The notes below the pieces were generated by a model, which saw nothing but the letters and a program-made list of their open reading frames with translations, was not told where the DNA came from and did no database searches. The position numbers and the translations under genes are program-made. DNA of 63,955 nt, the filler included, from Octopus bimaculoides (lineage: Eukaryota), in NCBI RefSeq assembly GCF_001194135.2. It is 9 parts of 9 records of this genome, joined end to end, with 100 filler letters (N's around TTAATTAATTAA, not from the genome) between each part and the next. Parts side by side here need not be neighbours in the genome. Positions count along the whole stretch, not along the records: positions 33,383 to 53,379 come from NC_068992.1; 8 more parts are not named here. One strand, written 5' to 3'. Shown here piece after piece: positions 36,504 through 49,931 of the stretch. The stretch's first letter is position 1. Every line of letters starts with the position of its first letter.

Positions 36504-38632
36504 AACCAATTCGGGTTACTTTCAGATAAATTTATTATCTAATTCAAGAAATCTCATCCTCACATCTAAATTGAATATAAAAAGCTCTGATGACTGCTGG
36601 CAGCTCTATAAACAAAACAAGTGTTGATATTTATTACTTGACTGTATTTAAATTTGAAAATGTTTTGTATAGCAGTCTGTGATGAAATCACCTTAAGTCA
36701 CATACAGCAGTGAAAGTGTTAAACATAGACAGAACAATATTGACTATGAATGAGAATAAGATGTATACAGTGTGTAGATATTGATTAGACAGAATCAGTC
36801 TCTGTGTCAATTGATTGACTGCAATTTGTGGAAAGATTTCTGTATATAGTAAGTAGTTTGCTTATGTCAACTGTAGGTGTTTACTACAGGCTAGCTCTAT
36901 CTCTCTCTCTCCCTCTCTCTCATTATCTCACTCATCCCCCCCCATTCACTTATAATTGAAGAAGCCTGTTAAACAAACATGTCATCATCATTATCGTTAT
37001 ATCCACTTTCCTGTGGTTGCAGAGGTCAGATGAAATTCACTCCCTAAACATGTGTGGTTGGGATATGAACCTTTGAGCCATACATTTATGCTTGTTTTGT
37101 TACATTTGTGTAGCTGACACACAAACATACTCTGAATGTGGGACTCAAAAATACTCTTTGTAGAGTTAAAAACATTTAATATGTATTGTGAGTTTACTTA
37201 GAAGCTTTATTGTTAAAATCGGTGAAACTCTGAAGTAAGCAGTCATTATTAAGCATTGTGTGTGTAGGTAAGTAGGTAGGTAGGTAGCTATTAGAAATTC
37301 TATGTTTTTTATAAAGTTAAGGCAACTGAGAAATAAATCTATTTCTGATTTCTTTTTACCAATGGAAAAACTAAAGAATTGTGTTCAACATTTTAAACCA
37401 TTCCAAGGTGCTGCTAATATTCAAATAGCTAATTATGCCACCTTTATCTCTTGGTGGACTTAGCTGTTTGGAATGAAGTGCAATTTATCATAGATAGTAA
37501 TTTAAAATAATAGCGAGGACTGTTTTTAAAAATTGAGATTTTTGACAATATTGAGGCCTTAATGGCTTCTTGTAGTACTTTGTTTAAAAAGCCACCGTCT
37601 GGAATATAGCACTAATGGTGTGGTATGACATGTAGATGGTAGGTGTTTCTAAGACTTCTCCTTTGATGTTATTATTACATAATTCCTATCATTAGTACAT
37701 TTCTTGTATTTATTTCATTTTTACTCCACAAGTGTAATGCGACTGAAAGAAAAAGAAATCTTTTAAGTTGGCACATTAAAATGGCAAATTCTTGAATCAA
37801 GCACATCTTAGAGAGTCACTATGTTTGAATAGTATATTAAAAACAACAGCAACACATAACAAACAAGAGAACTATATCGAGGATTTTTTCCTTCTGTGTT
37901 TTTTTTTAATCTATCAGTAAACTAAAAAGAAAATAAAGTTAAGATCTATAAAGAAGTAGAAAATACGTTGAGAATCCACCTCCTTTAGTGTGATCAGGCT
38001 AACTTCCAGTGAAGAGCTAAAAGAAAAAATAACAAGTGAAATGTTTAAAAACTGCAATCAATGTGTCATTAAAAGCCAATGAAATGTGGTTGTTTTGGAT
38101 GAAAAACAAGAAACAATCTAAAGTTAATGACAGCTGAATTACTTTGAAAACTTTCTCAAGCTGAAATAGTCAGCGAAGCCTGAAGGTAGAAGGCCAATTA
38201 ACGCCAAAAACTATCAAAGTATGAAAGTTGCCAATGACAAACAAGTATATAGAAAAGCAATATTAGGAGCCCTTAGAGGTAGACAAGAAGAAGAACTAGA
38301 GAAATAAAATGTTGGATCTGATAAAGAAGAGAAATAATGAGACTGTTGATCCTTTTAACCGAGGAGGAAAATTGTTGAATAAATTACTATAAATCTAAAA
38401 TTTTTAATTGAGGAGACTAGAAACTTCATTGGAACAAGCAGGTTTGTGTGTATGTGTGTGTAAAATAGCATATAATACCATGTTATGTTTCCTCTGAATA
38501 AAGATTGATAAAGGTATAATTGCTGGCAAAGCAAGAGAGTAATATTTGTCTATTTTTAAATTTCATCATTATTATCATTATTATTATTATCATCATCATC
38601 ATCATCTTCATCATTATCATCATTGCCATTAA

Positions 38633-38663
<31 letters not shown>

Positions 38664-39204
38664 CATTGCCTTTCTTGCAGAACTTTAGTCCAATCATTTC
38701 ATTAAAGATTTCAGAAAGGTGTGATTTATCATCGTAATCTTTGAAGAGCTCAGGGATGTCTTGCCTTTTCTCCTTTTCTTCTTTTGTTTTTTTTTTGCTA
38801 TTTCTTCTTTCAAAACATTCAATAAAATTACAATTCAAAACAAAAAAAAAACAAAAAAAACCTCTCTAATTTCTCTTAGTTCACATTGATGAGCAATAAA
38901 GTTTTATTTTCTAATTTTAATCAGGTAGTTAATGATTTTAAAATTTTTCATGTAAGCCCAAGTCCATGACTTTTTAATAAAGCATTCAGTACAGTCTCTC
39001 TCTTTAGTATCCTTTCATACACCAACTTCACAAACCACATTTCATTGTCATGGTTTTGGTTTCATGTTTCTAATGTAAATTTCTCTGTTTTTCGTTTCTT
39101 TTTGCTTTTTTCTTTTGCTCTTATTTGTTATTATGGGTTAAACTGATTGATACATTTGATAACTTACCTGTAATTTATTAATTGATAAGGGTGACCAACT
39201 TGCC

Positions 39205-39411
39205 TTTATCTTTTACTTGTTTCAGTCATTTGATTGTGGCCATGCTGGGGCCTTGCATTGAACAAATTGTCTCCTGTACTTATTCTATCAGTCTCTTTTG
39301 CTGAACCACTGAGTTATGGGGAGGTAAATACACTAACACTGGTTGTCAATCAATGGTGGGCAATGAATATATACACACACACACACACATCTCTCTTTCT
39401 CTCTCTATCCC

Positions 39412-39456
<45 letters not shown>

Positions 39457-39895
39457 NNNNNNNNNNTTGCCGAACCGCTAAGTTACGGGGACATAAACAC
39501 ACCACCATCGGTTGTCAAGCGATGTTGGGGGGGACAAACAGACACACAAACACACACATACACACATATATATACATATATATGACAGGCTTCTTTCAGT
39601 TTCCATCTACCAAATCCACTCACAAGGCTTTGGTCAGCCCGAGGCTATAGTAGAAGACACTTGCCCAACGTGCTACGCAATGGGAGTGAACCCGGAACCA
39701 TGTGGTTGGTAAGCAAGCTACTTACCACACAGCCACTCCTGACAAGCTTCTTTCAGTTTCCACATACCAAGTCCATTTACAAGGCTTTGGTAAGCTTGAG
39801 TCTAAAATAACAGACACTTGCCAAAGTGCCACACAGCAGGAATGAACCAAAACCATGTGGTTGAGAAGCAAATTTCTACCACACAGCCACACTTG
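39205..39895 (-). mobile_element. Tandem family A SINE copies/fragments
   Basis: Tail cttttacttgtttcagtcatttgattgtggccatgctgg; two heads ending cacacagccactcctg and cacacagccacacttg. Confidence 0.85.
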
Positions 39896-41630
39896 TGCAG
39901 TAGAAGTTTATGAACTAGAATTTGGTTTTCTTCATACTCATATTCAATGGTGACAGCATTAGAGACTTTCAAAGCCAGTAGTGTAAAGACAGGTATTCCA
40001 TGGTGAATTATCTTCAATTTATTGCATCCATCATTAAAAATTATAGTAGGATTCACATACTGTTTGGCAGTTTAAGCAAACTCGTTAGAATAACCATTCT
40101 TTGTTGTAATTGAAGTGCGCGAAAGTACATTGAAAATATAAATGCTTTCCATTTTTTTATACATGTCATCATCATCATCATCATCTTCATCAGCACAGCA
40201 CCATGCTCCAATGTCTGCTTTGGCATTGTTTAGACATTTGGCAATATTAACATAAATAAATATCTGTACAAGCTCAATGCTAACACATGCAAAATATCAA
40301 CTTGGTCATGGAATAAAAGAGTAATATCAACTGAACAGCAGCAAAACGTAATTAAATATTAGAATATTTCAGTACTTTATAGATTTCAGTTTTATTTTTT
40401 TTTTTTTTTAGCTTCACAATAGAGAAGAAAGAAAATAGTACTAATTAATTCTAGATAAGAAAGTGGGTGGTTAATCACAGAAGGCACAAACACAAACAAT
40501 GAAATTTCCAGCACACCATCAGCCACAGTGGCATCACTAGACTGTGAGCTCCCATAGCATGCCAGCAGGCAGAGGTGGTCACGGGAATGCTTTAAAAGAT
40601 GCAATGATATAATTTTCGATGTGTAATGAGTTGCTGTTGTTTTTAGAAAGCATTCAAACATAATAGCTCTCTAAGATATGCCTGATTCAGGAATGTGCCA
40701 TTTTAACCCATTTGTTACTATATTTCTGTGAAAATATACTACTTTTGTTTCAGTTAATTTTGAAAATAATGAAAAATTTAATAAAATAACTTTAGAATTA
40801 TTAAGATGATGTTTGAAACATAAATTAATATAGAAAATTTAAATTTGGATGATTTTTAAATTAGGATGTTTATATCACAGAAACAGTTTTAGTTTCATTG
40901 TATTAGTATCAAAGAGGTTAATGTGTCAACTTAAAACATTATTTCTCGAAGTCACTTTATTCTGGTGGCATAAAGAGAAAATATATTCAAGAACTAAACT
41001 AATGATAGGAATTATGAATGAATAACATAAAAGCAGAGGTTTGACTAAAAACACCTAAAGTCTACATGCCATATCATGCCATTTGTACTGTATTTTCTTA
41101 GGTAAAACAATTGAACATTAGCAGCATAACGGTGATGTGCAAATTTTACCCTCAGTGATGTGCAAATTTTCGATTTCAAAATGCAAATGTTGCTTTCGTC
41201 ATTTCTCATTTTGGATAAACTATGAAGAAGGAACATAGAATTTATTTGTTTCAGGAGTTCCATTCAAGGAATCTCTGAAACAGTAATGTGTTGTGAAATT
41301 ATTGTGAGTGTACTAATATTTTTGCTGGTTCATTCTATAATTTACTCATTATGTCATGTAATAAGTATTTTATCAAAAGCAATTAAGTTTCTCTGCCCTG
41401 GATCTGCCAAATGAGCTGCTTCATTAATTTGCTAGCATTCTTACGCCTGTGATTTCTGTATTCTGTTTTCATTAAAATTGGTACACATTGCACCATCGCT
41501 GTAAGGAACTTATCTCAGAATTGTTGAAGCAACTATGCGTACCCGAGTAGCATTCTGTTTAACTCTCTTTTAATGATATTCTTAGCCGCCCTTTTGGTTT
41601 TAATCTATATTTGATCTGAGATTTGTAGTG

Positions 41631-41679
41631 AAACTACCTATCGCCATTAGATACAAAACTACTATCGCCATTACATACA
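41631..41679. repeat. Two tandem copies of a 24-25-bp unit containing CGCCAT
   Basis: aaactacctatcgccattagataca / aaactactatcgccattacataca. Confidence 0.85.
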
Positions 41680-41689
41680 ATCTTCTCAT

Positions 41690-41945
41690 TTAAATATAAA
41701 CAAGCGCGGGCGTAGCGGAAAACATCAACCTTGTCATCACGTGACTGATCATTATTCGAATCGGCAACTTCTTCGAACCGTTCCCGCCAGAACGCAAACT
41801 GACCAATCACAGCCCCTAATAAGGTCACGTGATAGAGTATTTTTCTGAAGCCTTCGGGAGCCGATAGTTTGTTATAAATAGCTTTAACTCGGCGGCCAAA
41901 TTTGTCTCGGTCCAGTTTCTCTATAGAGACTGTTCCGTGTACCAN
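41690..41945 (+). promoter_or_regulatory. Candidate RNA polymerase II promoter
   Basis: CpG-rich; ATCACGTGAC (41736-45), E2F-like TTCCCGCC (41781-88), CCAAT (41803-07), GTCACGTGAT (41824-33) and TATAAATA (41873-80), in canonical order and spacing. Confidence 0.65.
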
Positions 41946-44900
41946 NNNNNNNNNNNNNNNNNNNNNNNNNNNNNNNNNNNNNNNNNNNNNNNNNNNNNNN
42001 NNNNNNNNNNNNNNNNNNNNNNNNNNNNNNNNNNNNNNNNNNNNNNNNNNNNNNNNNNNNNNNNNNNNNNNNNNNNNNNNNNNNNNNNNNNNNNNNNNNN
42101 NNNNNNNNNNNNNNNNNNNNNNNNNNNNNNNNNNNNNNNNNNNNNNNNNNNNNNNNNNNNNNNNNNNNNNNNNNNNNNNNNNNNNNNNNNNNNNNNNNNN
42201 NNNNNNNNNNNNNNNNNNNNNNNNNNNNNNNNNNNNNNNNNNNNNNNNNNNNNNNNNNNNNNNNNNNNNNNNNNNNNNNNNNNNNNNNNNNNNNNNNNNN
42301 NNNNNNNNNNNNNNNNNNNNNNNNNNNNNNNNNNNNNNNNNNNNNNNNNNNNNNNNNGGCCCGGCATGGAAGCCACCACATCACAACTAGTGATCAGCTC
42401 TGCCACACACAGCCTCAACTCCCTTCACATACAGACTCATACTAATGTGTACTCAAGAACTGGTATAAATGCTCACGTGTTATTGACTCTCTTTCTATCT
42501 GCTGTAATAACTCACATACACACTTTTCTTTGTATGACGGCCTGTCTTTGATTATGTTCTTATATGTCACATTCACACTCTCACATACACATACATCTTT
42601 GACACTACAATAAATATCTCTGTTATACATCTTATACGGTTGCCTTCTATCGTCTCTTCATTACTGGTATTTACGAATTCACTAATGTTATCGTAGTATA
42701 ACATTATTTTGTATATCATCATTGATATATAAATTTGTGTTCGACTGTGTGACACGTTTAAATGAAAGGAGTCCTCTGTTTTTTCCATTCGTCACCATTT
42801 CTCCTTTTTGAGTTCGCACGGTCGTTCTTACAGATTGTTTGTTTATTGTCATTAACATTAAACATAAATTAACAAGTCTATTGATGATCTAGGAATTTTA
42901 GGACTGTAATTAAGAATTATGTTAAGTTTTAAAACAGATCTGAAAATAGCAACAAAATCTCCTATCATACTTGATGCCATTAATGATTAATTCTGTGGTG
43001 AGTGAAGTTTTTTACAACCTAGAGCATATGTAAACATTTCTAGAGTCACTCTATAGTAATATGTGAGTGGGAAATAATATTACATAAAATACAGCTTTAT
43101 TCTAGTCACTGCTTCTCTTTATTGTGCTTATGCCATTTTTCTAATTGTCTTGCGTTAATTAGATTATTTGGAAGAAAAGCAATATCGAACTTTGCAGGAT
43201 CTCTTTTGCAACTCCAATAGAATGGCCATGTTTGAAGATCATAACAAGATGATTACATAAGTTCTGTATTGGTGATAATTGACAGCAAAGGAAACACAAG
43301 GAAAAAACATTTCAAAGTCTGTACCAAAATTACCTTTAAGATTAAATATGGAAGCTATTCAATTTGGTAAAATATTATATATTCAAAACAATTTATTGTT
43401 ATTGTATTCTGACAAAGAATAATTTCTTTATAGGTAAATTCTAATAATGATTCATACATTTCTAAACCACAAAGATATAACAACACACAATAACAATAAT
43501 AAATAGAGTAATATCAAATAACAATAGTATATATATAACAATAATAATTTATATTAGTGTATGTTGATTTACATACTATAATAATACGCAATAGTGGTAA
43601 TGCATAATAAAACTTAATAACATGATGATAGGAATCACAATAGACATAGAAAACAATAGTAAAATATAACAATGAAAGAATTAGTGAAGATATTCACAGA
43701 TATCAGTGTTAGAAAGTGGACAATGACATGGGTATCTGGATAATAGTTTGAACAGACATGACTGACTTCATACATTTTAGCACGACAGATTAAATAAACT
43801 GTAACTTTTTAATGTCCATTATCACCTGGAAATCATATCAGTAACTTCAATAGCAAGATTTTGGTAGATTTCCTGGCATTAGATCTGTGTGTACTCAAAG
43901 AGAGTTTTAAAGTGTCATCAGGGTTGATAGATTTTAAAATAACATTTATCTAACAATTAATTCTTAATTGCTTAAGAGGAGGGGAAAAAAACCATTTAGA
44001 AACCCTATAACTTGGAAAAGGGACTTGGCATCAATAACTTGATTCAAATACCATTGATGGTACACAAAAGCTAGGTGCTGGTTTAAATTGGGCACTGGAT
44101 TGAGTATACCACCAAGTTCATTAGTGAAAACTATCTTATCCAAGTACAAATGAAATGAGCTTGAGGTTATGATACTGGACCACCTATTCATTAAATATGA
44201 GTTCGAAGTTACTGTAAACATTTTCGTTGAGCATTATCCTTCCTTCTACATACCTTCGGTCATCTAGCTGTTGGCAATAGGTACTAGCATCATTTGGGAA
44301 TACTAACTGAATGAGAAACTACTACAGGTAACCCTTTTATCATTTCATTCACATCGCTTCACCAGTTATCAACCAGCAATATCATGAGATAAAGAGCTTA
44401 TCAGTACTGCTTTCAATATTGAACTGTGTCACTATATAGTACATATACATAGCCAGGTGGTCCCTGATGTTGATAGTTAACTGTTTAGTCATTCAGTTCT
44501 GTGGTAGTATGAAACTTTGATCTTGGATTAAATCAGCTGACTACCTATCTTTTTAATTTGTGTAATATTTCTTGTTTATCGTATGTAGTCCTTTACTTTC
44601 TGATTGTTTGGCAGAAGTCTTTATGGAAGGAAGTCATAAACATTAACCATATTTTCAGGCACCTTTCTAATTATTTGGAACCTGAATACTCCTTCACTAG
44701 CTGAAACATGTATGCCATTCATAACCAGGCATTCAACATAAAGCATTTTTTCTAAAATTCTTCACCAATGAAGAAACATTTTGTGGATCACCATTGTAGA
44801 TTTTCAAAAATTCAAGCTAAATTTGATTGGTAGACATATGTAGGTAGATATATATATTGGTAGATATATACTGGTAGATATGTATTGGTAATCATATAAA

Positions 44901-47900
44901 CTTAACCTTTAGTCTATTTCATACTGCAAATTTAGAACTAAAACAAAACTCTGCATATGAGATTTCTTTGGTTCAGAAATACATTTATGATTCTTATAAT
45001 ATAATTAATTTATTTTACATAGATGTCTTATACAGTTTATAAAAAAAGCCTGAAATATATTTATGAGACGTAGGCACTAATAAAAGCTGTACAAACACAG
45101 AATTGTTAGCAAAGAGTTTATATATTTTTATGGTACACCATCATCCGGTGACTACAGGAATAATTTCCCATTTCATAAGACTGTATTTTGATAATTGCTA
45201 CAGAAATACCAAATTAAATTTACACACACACCCCACACATTCTCTTTCTCTCCCTCACACAAGATAAAATATAGCAAAACCTGACCAAATAAGCTAAATA
45301 TGTATGCTCTTTTGCAGTAGAATATACTACCAGTTATCTACCATGAAATCTACTAAGTGTTTAGCACCTGCTGTTTAGTTCTGTGTCTTTTAATCACATT
45401 GGCAATATTGTTATGTATTGATTCCTACAGCAGTTTGGATAATGTAAATAATCTGCTATGAAAGAATAACAATGTCAGGATACTGCTGCCTGTCTGCTAC
45501 CATTGACAACAGTCTGCAAAACACCAGCTAAATCCTGAGCAGCCAAAATACCCATTTGAAAACATAGGGGAGAGAAAACTGTGTAAAAGACTCGAACCTA
45601 TGAAAACAATGTTGTAAATGGAAATGGAAAGTACTTTGTTGTAAGAATAGCAGAGTAGAAGCCGTTTTGGAAAAGAAGTCTCTCAAGACTTGTTGCACAT
45701 AATATTTCCATGTAAATTTCTAGTTTATACATGGAAAGCTGTGAAGGATAGCATTTGACTGTATCAACATTCCAGTAGCTGAATAGTCTGTTGTTTGAGC
45801 AATATTTCATGTTCCATACTTTCCAAATCTGTTCACTTGGGATATCTTCAAAGTTCTGCTTTATCACACTTAACTGATCATGACATTGCTTGTAGATAAT
45901 TGGTAAAGCACGATGAATGCAATGGTAAAGGGGTTAGCTGTATAGAATATACCCAATGTTGACAGATTAAATGGTTCTTTTGCTCTCACATTACGAAGAA
46001 ATGAAAGCTTCCTTTCTCAATTTTATTTGGAATGTCATAAATACTTTACTAATAGATTAATAAGATAGCGATTCCATTTACCAAAATACACCTGTGTCAT
46101 TTATTAGAGTTTACCACATTACAGTTATCTAAACATAGATTCTCTTCTTGCCATTATATGAAATGTGTCCATTTTCCTGCCTCTGTTGATGAATACAGGT
46201 GTATATTATTTATAAGTGTATGCATGGTTCTTATTATTAGTGTCAGAATATACATAACTAGTTTAGATATTGATATCAACTTAAACACACACTCACACTC
46301 ATACTCTCTCTCTCTCACACACATTAATGTAACTTTAACTTTCTCAGTGTTGTTGACTTTATGTTTGTAGTATGACACAGCTGAAGTGGTAGGATGCTGG
46401 AATACCAACTGAAGCATTAATGGTTTATATTGAAGCATTTGTGTAGTGTCCAGTCAACCTAGCTCTATGAGCTAGGTACTTTTCTTCATTGTATAATTAA
46501 TGTGGGTTTAGTAGTTTATGGTTCTGCATTTAGATCCTCCTGTGTACCTGGAGAGCACAAACAGAACCTGCTCTTGTGTATTGATCACCAGAACCTGTGA
46601 AGGTATTTCTTCTACAAAGTCACCATGGTAACCTGATGGTAATTTACAAAATATGTTTATACTATTAGTGTTATACATAAGCACAGTTAAAAAATTTGCT
46701 TTGCATCCACATGGTCTCAATTTCGATCTTTTTGTGTGGTATCTCAGACAAATATCAGCTACATGTTGACCCATTCTTTGTGATCAAAGTTAGGTAGCTG
46801 GAAACTGCATAGAAGCCTGCTGGTTGGATTGTATCTGTAATTTAAACTGTGCGGTCTTGTCACATGCTGGATCATGTTGATTCTGCCAGAAAATTACATT
46901 GAACGCATCTGTTATTGCCATACTTGGCCACTTCATGCTAATTATATGACTAGGTAATCCAAATGATTACACAAATGAATTCTTATCTTTGATCTATACA
47001 TAAATATAGGATTAATAAATATCAATTGCTGATGAAGATATGATAAGCCAGAAATAGTAACATCCAGTTAATTCCTGTTTCACTAACTATGGTGAGGTTG
47101 TATAATAAACATGACATTAATGATGGCTTTGTATATGAAGTAAATTTAATTTATATATTTAATGACAGTCACGGCTAAAATCTTTGGGTATACCTCATAG
47201 AAAACTTTGCCCAGAAAGATTATTCCTGTCAGAAATTCAAATAAATATAAAATATAATATTTTGTCAGAAAGAATTTTATTTTCAATGGCTGGTTGACTT
47301 TCTATGGCACCAAGTAGAGCATATTACTACAGTTCTATTCTGTGGACTTCAGTTTTGCTGTGAAGAAATTTTTATCATAAATTATTTACTGTCATAAGAA
47401 CACTTTTTAGCAAATTTTGCCTGAGAACATCTCACCCCACCATGTTCTATGAAACCAGCTTCCTGTTGTAAGTGACTGAAATAATTAAAACCTTCCAATA
47501 AAATACCATTTTAATTTATGTCCCAAATACCAACTTTAATAATGACTGATACTTTTCCTAAATTTTACTTTATTTTCAAAATTATTTAAAATAAAGACAA
47601 TGTTTCAGCAGAAATATGGTAACAAAAGAACAACATGGTAAAGAATAATGTGTGAAGAAGTGTTTCTTTTGACATGATTTGAACTCATTATTTTTATATT
47701 GAATATCATAAGTTCTGCACTGTCATAGTCTATAATGTTACTTAAATAATTTTTTATTTGTTTGTTTCTATTATTTTTTAACAAAACAAAACGGTAATAG
47801 TCATTATTCAGCATTTGTGTATTTAAAAGAAAAATAAGCAAAAGAAAAATAAGCAAAAAAAAAAAAATAGATTGAATAAGAAAAAACAAAACAAGCAAAA

Positions 47901-48787
47901 AAGAAGGAAGCTATCTCATTTATAAATACTCTGGAAAATCCATTATATTGATGAAGAGATTAATGTGGTGGAACTAAAACTTGTGTCTTCCAATATTTGA
48001 GCTGTTCTAAATGTGAGTCTATTGGACTTGGCTGATAAGAAGTCAAAATCTATGCTTTATTGGACAAAATTCAAATTCGGATTACTGTTGCATGCTTAGC
48101 TAAAATAAGCTGCTCAAAGTCCTATAACCTGATAAGGAATCCGATACATGATTATGGCCATTGAGCACTATTTTAGTGAGGCAGGGCCAAGATGTAGTTA
48201 TTAGTTACCATCTGGAGCTAAAGAAATATTTTCCCAAAATAATTTTATATTTTCAACTATTAAATTTCAGTACCTTTAATGATGTGGATTACCATGAACT
48301 TTTTTTAATCAATGTTGTCTCATCTGTTACATCATTCATGTTCTCAAGAGCTTTCAGATATTCTTTTATCAATTTAAAAAAATTACTATTTGTTAGCATG
48401 AGTTTGCAATTACAAACATGTATGCATATGTGTGTGAGTGTATATGTATGTACATGTTTGTGTGTGTGTGCATTTACAATGATAATTTTTAAAAGCCAAA
48501 ACAATCTATTTATAAAAATAAAACAGGTTGAGAGTCTTACCAAGTATTTCAATATTTCAGGGTTAATAACCCTTCCTCAGGAAATCATTGGAAACATGTT
48601 GCTACTCACTGACTCTAAATAGAAAATCTGAAGACTTTATTTGCTTCGAGATCTACCATTCCAAAACAGAATTATCTCACATTGTCTCAAAGTCTGTAAA
48701 AATATTCTTATGACCGTTAAACTAATACATCTATTTGTTGTTTATACATCCATCTTCATCTTTTGTATTATTCTTTTTGGAAATTCC

Positions 48788-48825
<38 letters not shown>

Positions 48826-48925
48826 ATATATATATATATATAGTTGGAATTTATATATATATATATATATTGATAGAAAGGACAACAAAAGAAAGAGACC
48901 TCGATATTATGTAAATAGATGAATT

Positions 48926-49033
48926 TATCTGTAAAAATATGTGACACTTATTCGGTAGCCATGATAAAACTCCGAGTTTCATCCAAACTCGAAGTTTTGT
49001 CATGGCTACCGAATAAGTGTCACATATTTTTAC

Positions 49034-49038
<5 letters not shown>
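48926..49038. mobile_element. Palindromic MITE (MADE-like), about 54-bp arms, 5-nt loop, TA ends
   Basis: tatctgtaaaaatatgtgacacttattcggtagccatgataaaactccgagttt-catcc-aaactcgaagttttgtcatggctaccgaataagtgtcacatatttttacagata, 2 mismatches. Confidence 0.9.
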
Positions 49039-49066
<28 letters not shown>

Positions 49067-49068
<2 letters not shown>

Positions 49069-49931
49069 AGGAGGCACCCAAAAGTAACTAGAAATGATTT
49101 TTGTGGGACAAGCCCATTTTAGTTCAGGCTTCTACTGCTAGAAGCCACTTGATGCAACCTTCAGACATCAGTTTGCCAACTGGTAACATCGTGTGTGATC
49201 GTACTGCCATATGATGCATCTATATTTTTCCATGATTCTTCTGATTGTTGAGTTTTGCAATCGCTGAAATGAAGGACCAGCATGCTTCTGTGAAATTCTG
49301 TTTTCTGCTGGGGATAACAGCAACTGAGACAAGGATGCTGCTGTGAGCAAAACACAAGTGGTTTCTACACCTTAGGAATGATCACTTGTCAGTTGAAGAC
49401 CAACCTCATTCAAAGCAAGTGTGGACCTCCCGAATGAATGCAGAAATCACGAAAATTCATTAACTGATTTTGGAGGACCATCACTGAATAACTGACGAAC
49501 TTGTTGCTATGACTGCTAGGTCCTTGAGCTCCTGCCAATGCATTTTGAGTAAGGAATTGCAAATGAAAAGATTTGTAGCTAAATTTGTGCCTCGCTTGCT
49601 TACAGAAGATCAAAAGCAGTCATGACTGAATGCATATTGTGAACTGAAGGATGTGTTGGAAATTGATCTGGACTTTTTTGTTTCCTTCAGAGAAAAAAGC
49701 CCTTAAAGAAAAACATTTTGCAGACAGAAGAGGTGAAGACAAAAACGATAGAGGTATTAAACGTCATCACTTCACAAGAGTTCCAGGAGTGATTTTGAAC
49801 AGTAGAAAATGTGTCTGGATTGGTGCATTGCTTCAAATGGAGAATACTTTGAAGGTGATATAAAAGTGTAAATATGTAAAACTAAGGGAATTAAATGATA
49901 TTGCAAAATTCTGGCTTCTTTTTGGTACCCC
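49067..49931 (+). mobile_element. Internally deleted mariner element with both TIRs
   Basis: TIRs gaggaggcacccaaaagtaactagaa and ttctggcttctttttggtaccccc. Degenerate transposase MKDQHASVKFCFLLG...VEDQPHS...AKFVPRLLTEDQKQ joined to LKEKHFAD...WCIASNGEYFEGD; the catalytic core is missing. Confidence 0.9.

Noticed and set aside
36675-36800. C-box GTGATGA suggesting an intronic C/D snoRNA (also 10933 and 47954-48035)
   Set aside because: No D box at a proper distance for the first two; the third has a weak terminal stem and no recognisable rRNA/snRNA antisense element.
39802-41263. Minus-strand ORFs/exon-like pieces (YVNPTIIFNDG..., HSRDHLCLLACYG..., MELLKQINS...)
   Set aside because: No recognisable domain and the pieces cannot be chained in frame with convincing splice sites.
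41755-41795. Heat-shock-element-like TTC/GAA array and ERSE-like CCAAT...CACG
   Set aside because: Spacing is 3 nt rather than 2 for HSE, and far longer than 9 nt for ERSE.
41880-42460. Replication-dependent histone gene hidden in the gap (TATA, CCAAT, gap of about 410 bp)
   Set aside because: No histone 3' stem-loop or histone codons after the gap.
45400-45950. Minus-strand 89-aa ORF and adjacent acceptor-like sites
   Set aside because: No homology recognised, and frames close under each candidate acceptor.
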